Below, piece after piece: positions 39,400-52,431 of a stretch of DNA of 64,000 bases (positions are counted from its first letter, which is position 1; every line of letters begins with the position of its first letter). The DNA is taken from assembly GCF_001194135.2 (NCBI RefSeq), contig NC_068999.1:18388571-18452570 (forward strand). Direction: 5' to 3'. Source of the DNA: Octopus bimaculoides (Eukaryota). Below the pieces are notes generated by a model that saw only the letters and a program-made list of their open reading frames with translations, did no database searches and was not told the origin of the DNA. The position numbers were made by a program, and so were the translations under genes.

Positions 39400-39400
39400 C
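39085..39400. repeat. (ATT)n microsatellite with a 10-bp gap
   Basis: Read directly from the sequence. Confidence 0.98.
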
Positions 39401-39479
39401 ATATATGCTCCGGGGATGTAGCAGTCACTACTGGTGAGCTTTAATTCTATGCCAAACTAGACTAACATAGAGATTTCCC

Positions 39480-39550
39480 TCACCACGCTGTGGGGTGGTT
39501 ATTTACCCTGTTAGTGTATGGAACTCTCTTCCATGCACATAATTGTTTTT
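39480..39550 (+). mobile_element. Possible CR1/L2 3'-end fragment
   Basis: Translates to ...VSVWNSLP, resembling the conserved RVVNxWNSLP terminal motif; very short. Confidence 0.3.
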
Positions 39551-40016
39551 AACTCTAATTTCTAGCAATGTAAGTTCTACCCTGCAATGACAGTAATAAT
39601 TATTGGCAATTGAAGTGTTTCCTTTTGGCTTTATATTGAATATAGCCGCCTACTCGTTTATATATACATGTGTGTGTGTGCCTGTGCTGTGTGTGTGTGT
39701 GCGTGTGCATGTGTATGTGTGAATATGCGCGCGCGCGCGTAAACCTACCGGCTATTCACCCCTTGACGCCCACAAATGTATCTCTGCGTCTACGTTATCA
39801 GCAGAAATATCATCACGTAATGTGGTTAACCGATAGGTGAGGCACTGACATTTGCTCCTACCCCGATCAAACTAAACCTGGGAAAAATAATGTCTAAGAA
39901 TTTGTACTCAAATCCATAAAGTCCTTGCCCACTCAAAACAAAACCCTATTACTGAATGCATTACATATATACATACATAGTTGCAGAGATACTTATATAG
40001 ATACATAGTTAGATAG

Positions 40017-40047
<31 letters not shown>

Positions 40048-40352
40048 GATAGATAGATAGATCGATACATAAATACATACATACATACATACATACATAC
40101 ATAGGGATATAAAGGGACACAAGGATCCAGGGTTTGGCACACCCCACGAGGCAAGCTGCATTTAAGTTTGAACGCAGATTTGTTAATGTAATTTGAAAAA
40201 TTTTATGGATTTCTATATGTAGCTAGTCAACACACTTGTCTCGTCTGAACAACAGAATTTCATTAATGATTTATTTTCTGGCTCCTTCAGGCTCCTTAAT
40301 GCAGGAGATTGTTTTCACATTTATCTCTGTCCATTTGTTTCTCTATACCAAC

Positions 40353-40480
<128 letters not shown>

Positions 40481-41940
40481 TTCTTTCTTTATCTACTTCT
40501 TTCGCTGTCTGTCTCTTCTATATCTACTTCCGCTTTACTATCTAGAATATTCGGTTAATACAGAACTATTATTGGTAAATCGGGATGTACAACTTGATGT
40601 GACGACCTGTTTATTATACTCTATGACATAAAGCACAACCTGAATAACATAGGTCAATAGTTTATATTTTATTTATACGATGATTTATGCATTTATTTAA
40701 TTTCTCCGAATCCTTAACCTTGTCAAACCGCTTGCATATAAAAATCATACGTAAATGATCGAAAATTAGAGATCAATATTACATCATATATTTGTGCAAA
40801 TTACCTCCACTAGCCATATTCGTAATTATTATGACGATGATTGTGATAATGTACATGCTGGTGACAATGATAACGATGATCAGAATAACATAAGAGATAA
40901 CAACAAAAAGAAACAAGAACAATATAATTTAAAATGGTGATATTAGAATGTAAAAGAATATAAATACTTATAGCTAATAAGCGAACAATTACTTGCCTCT
41001 TTTGTCATTTCTTTGCTTCTAGAATATTCTGAAGGACATTGCAAAGCGTATTATCATCTGCAATGAATGAAAGAATAAAACAATTTAAAAGAAAAAAAAA
41101 TATTGCGAAATTAGTTCTGTTACGGCTTTTTAGCAGCTAAGGTGACTCAATCAACTTAATTGTGTAGGTCGATTTAACCACAGCAAATCGCACGTACGCC
41201 TCTATTACCACACACAAAAACACACACGCAACAGCAACAACAAAATACACACAGCAACACACACATACACTCAGAAACACAGTCGCCTATACACACATAT
41301 AAAAATATAGATGTATATGTCTGTATGTGCGTGCGTGCATACGTGTATATATGTATATACATGTATGTGCTTGTGTATGATTGTGTATACATTGTAAGTA
41401 GATTTCTAATAACACACACATATACACAGCCATTTCTAAGAACGCTAGCCAGTTAATCAAAGAAAGTAATTCGCACTCTAAGCTTATCGTGTAGCAAAAA
41501 ATAAAGTAAAACACAATACCCTTGTATATAATGATATCAAAGTCAATTAATTGTATAGTTAATTATATCCTCTTTCTGGTTCAATACTTAGTAATTACTG
41601 CTTGTTAAAGAAGTGTGCATATTTGCCGAAGTGAATATATCGCTGTGTGCTTGTATATGACTGTTTCTTTTCAATACGGATCTGTGAGTATTCTGAACAG
41701 TGTGTGTGTCATAATATAAGAAGAAAAAACAGAAAACGTGGAAATAAATTTCTCCATGGTCGATATGTTGATTAAACATGCTAGTTAACGAATTAATTGC
41801 AGGGGTAGGAAACTTAAAGAGCAAAGTATAAAATAGAATTACATACATACATACATACATACATACTTACACACACACCCACACACCCACACACACACAC
41901 AAATGGAAACATAAAGACTATGAATATAAGNNNNNNNNNN

Positions 41941-41976
<36 letters not shown>

Positions 41977-42430
41977 ACGTGTGTACAGGAACATTATAGT
42001 ATTTCAAAACAACAATGAAAGCAAATTTTGTCCGATCTCTTTTATTAATGAATCTATACAATATCTTCTTCCATGGAATTGAAGAATGGTATCAGAAGTG
42101 ACAGTATGTTTTGGAGTTGCTGCTACTATCTTAAAATAATAATTCTTTCAAATTTTGACAGAAGACCAGAAGTTTTTTTTTTTTTGTGACAAGTGTTAGT
42201 TGATTACATGCAAACCAGAATTTGGCTAGTACATATTTTATTAAATCTGAAAGTGATAAAGGTAATGTTGACATACGAGGAGTTCCAACTGAAAATGCAA
42301 AGGATATAAAATATGTTAAAGATTTTATCCGGCAACAGTAAAGATTCAAATAGTGGTACGGAACCATAATAAAGCTTTCCATTAGAGGCACACATGCTGA
42401 AATTCTGTGGTGCAGCGTAAAGTTGATAAC

Positions 42431-42590
42431 ATTTACTCTAGCACTTGATGGTATTTATTTTTTCTCGACCTCAAACGGACGCGAGTCTAACTCGAATGGG
42501 GCGGAAATTGATCTCAGAATGTAGGGGCGGACAGAATGCCGTTAAGTAATTTACACGGGATTACTAACGATTCCGCTAACTTATCACCGT
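42431..42590 (-). mobile_element. SINE family A, degenerate
   Basis: GGCGGAAATTGATCTCAGAATGT...ACTAACGATTCCGCTAAC aligns with the family A reverse complement. Confidence 0.7.
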
Positions 42591-42611
42591 GATAAAGACA
42601 TAATCATAATT

Positions 42612-42810
42612 ATTTCCACTAAACGTACAAAGCCAGAAAGTTTTAGGGAAGACAGTAGTTAATTACATCGGTCCCAGCGATAAACTTGTACATATTTTGT
42701 CGACCCGTAAAGACAAAAAGAAAAGTCGATTTCGGCAAAATTTGAACACAGAAACTAAAAGCGGATCAAATGCCGATATGCATTTTACCTGGCGTGCTAA
42801 TGATTCTGCC
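42612..42810 (-). mobile_element. SINE family A, degenerate, tandem with the previous copy
   Basis: AAAGTCGATTTCGGCAAAATTTGAACACAGAA...GGCGTGCTAATGATTCTGCC. Confidence 0.75.
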
Positions 42811-42814
42811 ATTA

Positions 42815-43345
42815 GCAGAAAAGGAAGGGTTTTCTCACTGGGACGGAGGTTGATGCGCAGAATAAAGGCCTACTCTCAGATTTTACTTCCACTAAGTATT
42901 TTTCCACGAATGAAAACATTATTGATGGACAAGATTAAGATCCGGGTACCATTAAGTAAACCTCTTATTGCGGTCAGGTTCCTCCGCAACATGCCTATTG
43001 AATGCCTCTTGAAGATAAGTATGTGAGGTGGCATCCCAGAAAGTGTCATTGAATTAAAAGACGCCAATGGATAATGTATAACAGCTTCATTATTTCCTTC
43101 AACAATGCTGTCAACACTTCTGCAAAGTGTGGCCTCACCGGGCAATAATGATTTGTCAGCTCTTACGGGAAGATAATCTGTGGTTTTAGGTCTCAAAATG
43201 ATTGTCAATGACATTCTTTTAAGTGCCTCATCATTTTCTATTAATACTTCCTCCCCGCAAAACTTCTCTAACAATGTTATTTGTAGATTCCATGTTTTGG
43301 AGAATTTCTATGAGGTTTTCTTCCAGCCTTCAATGTTGGAGAGGG
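42815..43345 (-). mobile_element. Helitron PIF1-like helicase fragment
   Basis: ORF 42876-43274: HYPLASFNSMTLSGMPPHILIFKRHSIGMLRRNLTAIRGLLNGTRILI matches the conserved YPxEFLNSLxxSGxPPHxLxLKxGxxxMLLRNL..GLCNGTRLxV motif; continues frameshifted into an ILRINL..LPF-like segment. Confidence 0.92.
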
Positions 43346-43770
43346 TTCCATTTCCTAGGCAGTAAGAGTCACATGTTGAAGTCATCTTATCCAGTCATTT
43401 TGGATCAGATGACTTACCTTATATATATNNNNNNNNNNNNNNNNNNNNNNNNNNNNNNNNNNNNNNNNNNNNNNNNNNNNNNNNNNNNNNNNNNNNNNNN
43501 NNNNNNNNNNNNNNNNNNNNNNNNNNNNNNNNNNNNNNNNNNNNNNNNNNNNNNNNNNNNNNNNNNNNNNNNNNNNNNNNNNNNNNNNNNNNNNNNNNNN
43601 NNNNNNNNNNNNNNNNNNNNNNNNNNNNNNNNNNNNNNNNNNNNNNNNNNNNNNNNNNNNNNNNNNNNAGCTTTTTCTAAATATATATTAATATTTACAT
43701 ATAAATATTTATATAGCGAGATACAAATCGCTCATAAACAACAATCACAAAACACTAATATAAGTACTAA

Positions 43771-43803
<33 letters not shown>

Positions 43804-45469
43804 GTGTGTGTGTGTGTGCGTGTGTGTGTATGTGTGTGTGCGTGTGTGTGTATGTGTGTGTATGTTTTAGATGTTTATGTGTATGCATATTTGTTTGAAG
43901 ATATGCATTTCACATATTAGTTTTATTTTCTTTTTGTCCGTTTCAGTATCCATTCTTTCACGCTGTTGTACAAAAACACATTTTCAAAATTATTTCATCG
44001 TACTCGCAAGAAATTTGTCTAGATTACTCCGACGAAGGAGCAAATTGTGAAAAGCAGAACACCATACCACGCGATTTGTTTTCTAGATACTTACAAACAT
44101 ACTCGAAACAGCAGGTAGAAAACTAATAGCCGTCTCTATTGCAAGAAAGTTATATCGTCATAAGAAATACTTGCAAATCATTATCAACATAAAATAGTAC
44201 AGAATGCATTTGTTAATAAACATGTGTTTTCGTGTTGATAATGCCTATAATGAACAAAGAAGGCGTAAAGAATTTGAGTGTGTGCTAGGTTTTGAGAACG
44301 TAAAATATTTCACTATTAATAAAAGAATAATACGCCGTTTAGAGCAATGGTATTTTACTTAACTTTATAACAAATATGTACTTCGCAGTTGTTGGAGAAA
44401 TAATGATGAGACAGTAAATAAGTAAAAATAAATCAGGATTAGACTTTTGTAGTCAAAATATATGAGCAGTAATCAAGGTGATACTAATCAACGATAAAAA
44501 TGTTTTCTCGTTAACACAATTCTGTTTTTCTAATAAGCTTATTGACGTTAACTGCATTAAATAGGTTAGCACGAATAAAAATACCATTTGAATTCCAAGA
44601 TTAATATATATATCTTTTGAATAAGCTGCGCAAAAATTCCCATTTTTAATCATTCACTGCCACATGGAAACTGTACTAAGTATTTCAGTTTGTAATATTC
44701 CTTGTGTTCAATCTCCGTCATGAGATTGCCGCGAGCAATATGTTGGTATTAGATATCACAAACATTTATTTCAAAGATGAGAGCAAATATGAAATTGTAT
44801 GTTGAAGAATATACATTAGGCAATGAATATCGTAACATCAAAGCATACAGATTAAAAAAGGAAGCATCAAATGGAACATATTACAAGACGGCAAACAAAA
44901 CTAAAACTTTGATTCGTGAAAATATTATTCAGGCGATTAACAAATGTGTATGTATATGCATATGTATACATACATATGCATAAATAACAAAAAACACATG
45001 GACGAAGAAACACAAACACACAAACGTATATATGTATATACGAATTAAAATCCAAACGCGGATCTATACTTCTTTCCAAATTCTTTTTACAAAGGACGTG
45101 TAAATATTTCTCTATTTCTAACTCTGTATCAATACGACGAATCAAAACTGATAATTAACAATAAAAATCGGAAATGAAATATTGTGTGTAGATCATGAAT
45201 ATATTACACCCGTGTTTGTCTGCCAGCCCCCAATTTCTCGTACATTACCATTTTACTTACATCAAATACACTGACGGTTTCGTAAGAGTTCGGTGCAAAC
45301 TGGATTGGAATGACACTGACAACTTTGAAAGTGAGGAACGGATTTTGATATAATTTTAATGGGGTATTTATAAGTTTTTGTGAACCATACCTAAGAAAAT
45401 TATAAAAGTGCACTCAATAAATTTATAGTTATATGGGTCCAAACCTGTAGTAAATCAAGAAATCACACC

Positions 45470-46530
45470 TGATCACCCGATCTGAACTCGATGACCTAGT
45501 TCATTATATAATACTTACTAATCAACAGAGTGAAATACTGTCTCCACGTGTGCAACACTGGAACCTGTTGGATAATGATGCCCGAATTACAGTATTTAGG
45601 AAGGTGTTCTGCTGATCTACAGCAATTCTTAAATGGATTTGTTGTAATAATATCAGCGGCCTACTCAATGCCTTTCAGTTGATGAATGAACCAAATGAGA
45701 GGAGGTTATTCATAAGTGTGCCACTTTACAGCATAAAAGCGTTTCTATTGCATATTGGAATTACCATGCTTTCAGTTCTAAATGCTCACTCATTCATTTT
45801 AAGCGAGATATATAAGAACCTCGCTTTTATTCTAGACTGCAATCATTACACGAAGCATGGGTAGCTAATTTGTGCGGACTTTGCAAGTTGGTCAGTAGGG
45901 TCAGATCCGAATATTATATAAGCTCAGAATGGCCACCTCGGGAACTTATGACGTCTAGATGCTATAATGTTAATTATGAGCCACTAGTTAAGAAGGAGAA
46001 AAGCATTTTGGAAGCACTGCATATAAAACTAGGCCTAATGAAGCAATTTACCAAAGCACTGCAACATAACAAGACATATTTCTAGTACCTCAAGTCGATC
46101 TTTCCTAAAATAAATGTTTCCCAGATTAAAGAGGGCAGATCTGTATGCCCTCATATTGGTCAACTTTTAGCTGATGAGGACCTGGAGGCGACAATGGATG
46201 AAACTGAGCTAGCGGCCTGGCATGCACTGAAAGATTTATTCAAAGGAAAGTACCAAGAGGGCTACGGAGAGAGTATAGTAGAGAGCCTGATCAAGGGGTA
46301 CGAAGATCTCGTATGCAATATGTCACTGAAGATTTACTTTCTTCATTCTCATGTGTCCTTCTTCTCCGAGAATGTAAGAGATGTGAATGATGAACATGGA
46401 TGGAGGTCCCATTATGACATAGCCTCATTGGAAAACAGGTATAAGGAAAAACAGGGCCCATCTTTGCTGTCTAACATCTGCTGGAACCTGAAGCGTGACA
46501 CATCTGAGGCGTCTTATAGTTAGAGAAGTA
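45470..46530 (+). mobile_element. Chapaev3-like (CMC superfamily) DNA transposase pseudogene
   Basis: Pieces SELDDLVH..SEILSPRVQHWNLL, CCNNISGLL, NERRLFI..SIKAFLLHIG, EPLVKKEKSILEALHIKLGLMKQFTKAL, ELAAWHALK, CNMSLKIYFLHSHVSFFSENVRDVNDEHG and NICWNLKRD. Many stops; TIRs not found. The transposase call is firm; the Chapaev3 label comes from recalled motifs. Confidence 0.8.
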
Positions 46531-48149
46531 AATACTAAAAGTGTAGGTCGACAAATTATGCTAAGAAACATGCCCATTCATTATATATTTATATAATTAC
46601 AACGGACATATTTAATCTGAATTTGGGAGCAACATAAATATATGGTGCCGTGAAAATCGGTATAAATTGCACAATTGTTAAGTCCGTAATTCACAGAAAA
46701 ATGTGAGGTGATGGGAAGTTGTTGTTACAAAATTCTACTTTAGCGCAATCAACTTCATAATAAATTGTACATGAGAACCAAGTATTTTCTTGACCCACAA
46801 AATTGTTGTATAGTGTTATAGATTGAAGTGATGTGTGAGTATGTGTGTGTTTGTGTCAGTGTCTGTGCATGTGTGTGAATGCGTTTATGCGTGCATGTGT
46901 GTGCATGTGTGTGTACGTGCGTGTGTGTAATGTGCATGCGTACATATATAATTTTGTTTGTAATCTTACATATCAAAAAGAAAGCATAGGCGATATATAT
47001 ACACCAGAGTAAGAACATAAATGTGAAACAAGGTGGAAAAAAAGAGTACTCAAGTATCAGAGGTAGACTAAAACGCTTTATTTCAAAGCAATGGAAATAT
47101 GACAAAAGCTGTTACTCAGAGTTTCACGCTCCTCTTCGTCGGACAGTTTTGTTAAAATGGAATAAAATCAAAACACCCTTACAAATGGATTTCTTTCTTT
47201 GGTTGTTTCAATTCACGGTTTTAAGCATGCAATGGACACAATAAATGAATTCAATAAAAATTGATCCTATTGTAAAATTGAATAAAACCTTAAATCGAAG
47301 AGTACATACAAAGTATATATTGTAAATAATTATATACGAAATATAAGTCAATTAATACACTAAAATTAAAATTAAAATTTTCACGCTGCATTACATAAAT
47401 ATTTAACATTATAGACCCATACCAGATCATCTATAATATACATATATACATTAAAAATACACAAATGCATGCATATAGTTACATACATATACAGGCGTAT
47501 ATATGTAAGACAGAAATATACGCACAAATACACATATACACATATACATATATGCACGCAACTATGCATCTCTTAGTGTATACATATACAAGTCAGTTAA
47601 AACAGATAGGAGAGATAGGAAGTATATCTTAAACGTAGGAAGGGGTAAGAAAAAGAGACGAAGAAGAACCCAAAAAGTAACAGCTAGCGAAAGAAAGAGA
47701 GAATTAAGTGGGAGGAAGCGGAGGAAAGCACTGCTTAAGGGGGCTATCAAAGTAGCGAATAGGGAGAGAAAGGATACTTTGCGTAAGGAAAGGAAAGAGA
47801 GAGATAGGTGACGGAATATGCGTAACAAACGTTCACATAGAATTTAAATTTACACACACACACACACACATATATGTATATATANNNNNNNNNNNNNNNN
47901 NNNNNNNNNNNNNNNNNNNNNNNNNNNNNNNNNNNNNNNNNNNNNNNNNNNNNNNNNNNNNNNNNNNNNNNNNNNNNNNNNNNNNNNNNNNNNNNNNNNN
48001 NNNNNNNNNNNNNNNNNNNNNNNNNNNNNNNNNNNNNNNNNNNNNNNNNNNNNNNNNNNNNNNNNNNNNNNNNNNNNNNNNNNNNNNNNNNNNNNNNNNN
48101 NNNNNNNNNNNNNNNNATATATATATATATATATATACTGCTTGAATCC

Positions 48150-48190
48150 ATCTTTGCTGCGTGGGCTCGCGCATTGTCCTGATGAAACAT
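48150..48190 (-). mobile_element. 41-bp fragment of the mariner family at 20064-21323
   Basis: The reverse complement matches 20938-20978 at 38/41 and encodes MFHQDNARAHAAK. Confidence 0.88.
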
Positions 48191-48231
48191 ACACACACAC
48201 ATATATATGTATATTCATTTATTTATAAGAA

Positions 48232-48531
48232 CAGTGCGTATTTTATCGACATCTATAGCTGAGCATCTACGTTACGGGGGGCGTAAACACAATAACACCC
48301 GTTGGCAAATGGTGGTGGGGACAAACACAGATACAAAGACGACCGCATGCATAGATACATACATGCATATATATACGACAGGCTCCTTTCATTTTCCGTC
48401 TATCAAATAATTTACTAGGATTTGATCGGCCATATGCCATAGAAAGGTCACTAGCTAAAAGGGTCACGGAGTGGGACTTAGCCTTGAACTATGTGTTTGT
48501 GAAGCAGATTTCTTACCACACGACCACTCCC
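48232..48531 (-). mobile_element. SINE family B, degenerate
   Basis: GTTACGGGGGGCGTAAACAC...GGGGACAAACACAGA...TTTCCGTCTATCAAAT...TTCTTACCACACGACCACTCC is the reverse complement of the family B body and head. Confidence 0.8.
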
Positions 48532-49879
48532 ATTTTAATGAAATGTTTGAAATATCCAATGCGAAACTGGGGACACTTATACAACTTTAATTTAACAATG
48601 TAAAACTGTCTTTGTATTCTCTATTAACTACTTCATTATAAAATGCACAGTTTGTTGAGCAAGTGCGCTGTTAATGCTGAGAATTTTGAATAGGCATGTT
48701 CATTAGAAAACATATGGCCTAGCTTGCAACCTGTTTTATTATGCCAATTCCCACCTAGTGAATGCACTGGAATACTAACGGGATTTCGCTTCAGACAAAA
48801 ATCGGATTAATTGGAAACAGCTTTGTTCCGGAAAAAGATTTTACTAATAATGCTTCCCATATAGCTGAAGGCAATCTGGAGGAATAGGTTATCGTCTTTA
48901 CTATCTCATTGCGATAGTTTGTCGGTTGAAAATACAGAGAGAACAGATATTCTAGAAACAATTTTAGAGTCGATATTGCAAGTGATAGCAATAATCACAT
49001 GAAGTGCAACAATATATAGTGAAATACACTTTGTGAAAGAAGTCATAAACATTATGAAAATTACATAAAACTGTTGCTAGTAATGTAAGAGCGATAGAAT
49101 GCGGATTCTTTTTGAAAATATAGTTTCGAATGCATGTAAAATTCGCCATTTGACAAAGCTTTTTACGAATTTGTTGACATCCAGAGCTATTGAATACAGT
49201 AGGAGAATCTGCCGTGCTACACTTCGCACAAACTCCATTTTAAGTCACTGATGGCTTCGCTACATATAAACCTGAAAATGTTAGTCATAGTAATCTCTCT
49301 TCTGATATGTAAATCTAATTACAATGTGAATAGCAGCATTACACTCTGGGATTAGAATAACAAATTGTTTACATTTCCCAAAAAAATATCACAAGGGTTA
49401 TGTTTGAACTTCTATGCTGAGTCAATTTTTCAGTATCTTTTTTTTTTCTTTCTTAATTTCCTTACTTAAATCCTTTCTTATCCCTTCATATCTTCCGAGC
49501 TTAAACATCTATCTTGCTTTGGCTTCTAACTACATGAATATATTTGAAAAACGATTTGCACTTTATTAGTATATTACAAATACTATGTAAATAAAGTGAG
49601 GAATATACGAATAAATCATATACAACGGGGCTCATAGCTAGATTTATCCCAGAATATCCTTTGACATCTATGAATTTACGGTCACACTTTGGTCACTATA
49701 CTATTGAGTTTCAAGAGAATATAAACATACCTTTTAAGTGCTATTCATCACCAGAAATTATGATATATACTTTCATATTTTACCAGTTTTTCCTTCCTAC
49801 TTTTATATCTTGCTTCTTTAAGCATTCATCAAATATTTATCCGTCTTCTTGCTAATATACACATTTACATACACAGTAA

Positions 49880-49959
49880 ATATAATTACGATAATGATGA
49901 TCATGATCATGATTATGATGATGATGATAATGATGATGATGCTGATACTAATAATAATA

Positions 49960-50002
<43 letters not shown>

Positions 50003-50030
50003 TGATGATGATGATGGTGATGATGATAAA
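49880..50030. repeat. (ATG)/(ATA)n microsatellite
   Basis: Read directly from the sequence. Confidence 0.95.
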
Positions 50031-50059
50031 ATGAAGGCAATTCAACCTCAATCTAGCTG

Positions 50060-50775
50060 TAAATACCGTTGGAATAATGAAGGCATGTCAACCACAACCC
50101 GGTTATAAATACTTGAGAATACTTGAGGCAGATGAAATCAAACACTATGACATGAAGAGAAAGACAAAAAGAGAGTACCTGGGGCGAGTGAAAAAATATT
50201 GGCTTCAAAATTGAAAGCCAGAATCATAATTTCGGCAATAAATCCTTGCGCAGTCGCAATAGTTTGGTATGGTAGTGGAAACTTCAAGGGGACAGAGGAG
50301 GAGCTAAAGGAGATGGACAGGATTTAAGAACGCTCCTAACGATGCATAGAGTGCAGACACTGATCGCGTATTCATGAAGAGAGGAAATGGACGAAGAGGA
50401 TTGATATGTGTGGAAGACTGTGCCTATCGAATTCAAGAGTTGAGTAAGATAGCTAGCCCAAAGAAAGGAAACCTTGCTAGTGAAAGTTAGGAAAGAAGGA
50501 GTATTGAAAGCAGAGAAAGAAGGAAAAAGAAAGGAAGAAGTGCTAAAAGGACATGGAGATGAATTTCACAAGGACAGACTACACATACAATTCCATTTAG
50601 CCTCAGCAGAAGTTGCTAGAGAAAATACGTGAGAATAGGTTAATGAAAGGAACCATGAAAAAAGGGACCGAGAGTACCATACGGGCAGCGCAAGGCCAAT
50701 TGGTGACAACGAACAGGAGGGTCAAACTTAGCAATGGGCAAGGGTCTCCGCTGTGCCGCATCTGCAATAGAGTGC
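50060..50775 (+). mobile_element. R4/Dong-like non-LTR retrotransposon internal fragment (post-RT to CCHC region)
   Basis: Pieces YKYLRILEADEIKH, SKLKARIIISAIN..AVAIVWYGSG, EELKEMDR, RGLICVED and MKKGTESTIRAAQGQLVTTN..SPLCRIC; frameshifted. Confidence 0.85.
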
Positions 50776-51210
50776 AGTGTCTTTTCCCGTTGATGTTTCT
50801 TTTCATCCCGAGTCAAATGGGATAGTGGAGTGTTTTGATGGCAGGCATGGTAACTGTAGACCTTTCGTTTATATCTGACAATGGTCTACAATATGTAGTT
50901 TCCTTTTCGCGAAAGCTGCCCTTGTCGCAAAAAAAAAAAAAATTAAATCATTATTGGTGGAAGTGAGAAAGATATAATGTAAGAACTGCTATATAAGGAG
51001 AATCGGAAAATTTATTTGTATCCAATTTATGTCGCAACATGCTCATTCAGAGACGTCGCACATCCTTTCGTAATAGTAAGTATAAAAGTTTAGCTTCTAA
51101 TTTACATGTGTCCCTTTTCCATTACGGAAATGATGTACTTTTTACAAACTGAACGAACGTGGATGAACATAAACAAAACATTATTTTCGGTGTGTGTAAC
51201 CTGCGAGGAA

Positions 51211-51590
51211 GTGGAGGCGCAATGGCCCAGTGGTTATGGTAGCAGACTCGCGGTCATAGGATCGCGGTTTCGATTCCCAGATCGGGCGTTGTGAGTGTTT
51301 ATTGATCGAAAAAACCCTAAAGCACCACGAGGCTCCGGCAGGGGATGGCGGTGAACCCTCTTCCATCACAACTTTCACTCACTCTTACTTCCTGTTTCTG
51401 TTGTGCCTGTAATTCAAAGGGTCAGCCTTGTCACACTGTGTCACGCTGAATCTCCCCGAGAACTACGTTAAGGGTACACGTGTCTGTGGAGTGCTCAGCC
51501 ACTTGCACGTTAATTTCACGAGCAGGCTGTTCCGTTGATCGGATCAACTGGAACCCTCGACGTCGTAAGCGACGGAGTGCCAACAACAAC
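51211..51590 (+). mobile_element. tRNA-derived SINE family C, intact-looking, with target-site duplication
   Basis: A-box TGGCCCAGTGG (51223-51233), B-box GGTTTCGATTCC (51266-51277), (CAA)n tail; TSD AACCTGCGAGGAA (51198-51210) / AACCAGCGAGGAA (51588-51600). Confidence 0.92.
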
Positions 51591-52218
51591 CAGCGAGGAA
51601 ATATAAGCCACTGGATGCAACTAGATGTGCGATACTCAACGGCACATTACGGCAGGATACATAGGAGAACAACATATTTGAAAGATAGGCTCTTCAATTA
51701 TCCTTTCTTTTCCTTATAGATTTAAACACAATGATGTGTTCAGTAGTTGCTTATAACGCGACTACTTCAAAATCGCTGTGATACGTAAGACTGAGGATTC
51801 ATTAAATTTATTTTATTAGTAAATACAATAGAATGCTTATAGTTTTGGCATATTGGTAATTTGAAATTATACCCTGAAGAAAATAAACCAAATATCAGAC
51901 GATATCAGTTTGTGGGCTTTAAATTCCAAATAGAAGATACCGGGAAATAATATTTCCACAATTAATGATGTAAGAATATTCAGGATTAATAAACACTTGA
52001 GATTCTATTGTCACCTTTGAAAATGAATTTTAAATTATCACCGTGTGCTTTGTATGAGGTATTGCATTTTGAAAACTTAATGGGAAATTCATTAATGGTT
52101 TCAATGATGATCATATAATAAAATATATAATACACCTGTCTGAAATAACTTCTGCAGATGCTACTTTAAATATTCTTGAATATCACTACATTTCAGATTG
52201 TCTAGTGCAGTAATATTC

Positions 52219-52431
52219 ATTTCTACTCTAGGCACAAGGCCCGAAATTTTTGGGGCCTGGGCCAGTCGTTTCAATCGACCCCAGTTCGCTAAAGGCACTT
52301 AATTTATCGAACCCGAAAGGATGAAAAGCAAAGTCGACCTCGGCGGAATTTCAACTCAGAACATAAAGATAGACGAAATACCACTAAGCATTTCGCCCGG
52401 CATTTCTAAAATTTCTGTCAGCTCGCAGCCA
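52219..52431 (-). mobile_element. SINE family A, full length
   Basis: TTCTACTCTAGGCACAAGGCCCGAAATTTT...AAAGTCGACCTCGGCGGAATTTCAACTCAGAAC...CAGCTCGCAGCC. Confidence 0.92.

Noticed and set aside
39668-39740. (TG)n-(GC)7 potential Z-DNA tract
   Set aside because: Real but commonplace in this microsatellite-rich genome; no functional context.
43379-43416. Hairpin next to the Helitron fragment taken as the Helitron 3' terminus
   Set aside because: It lies upstream of the minus-strand helicase, is AT-rich, and is not followed by CTRR.
47590-47810. Lys/Arg-rich, protamine-like reading frame
   Set aside because: No ATG or splice signals; a purine-rich low-complexity strand gives K/R/E by composition.
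51211-51285. Possible tRNA gene (also 7060-7133, 17807-17895, 34919-34985)
   Set aside because: A and B boxes are present, but there is no convincing acceptor stem, and each continues into a multi-copy SINE body.
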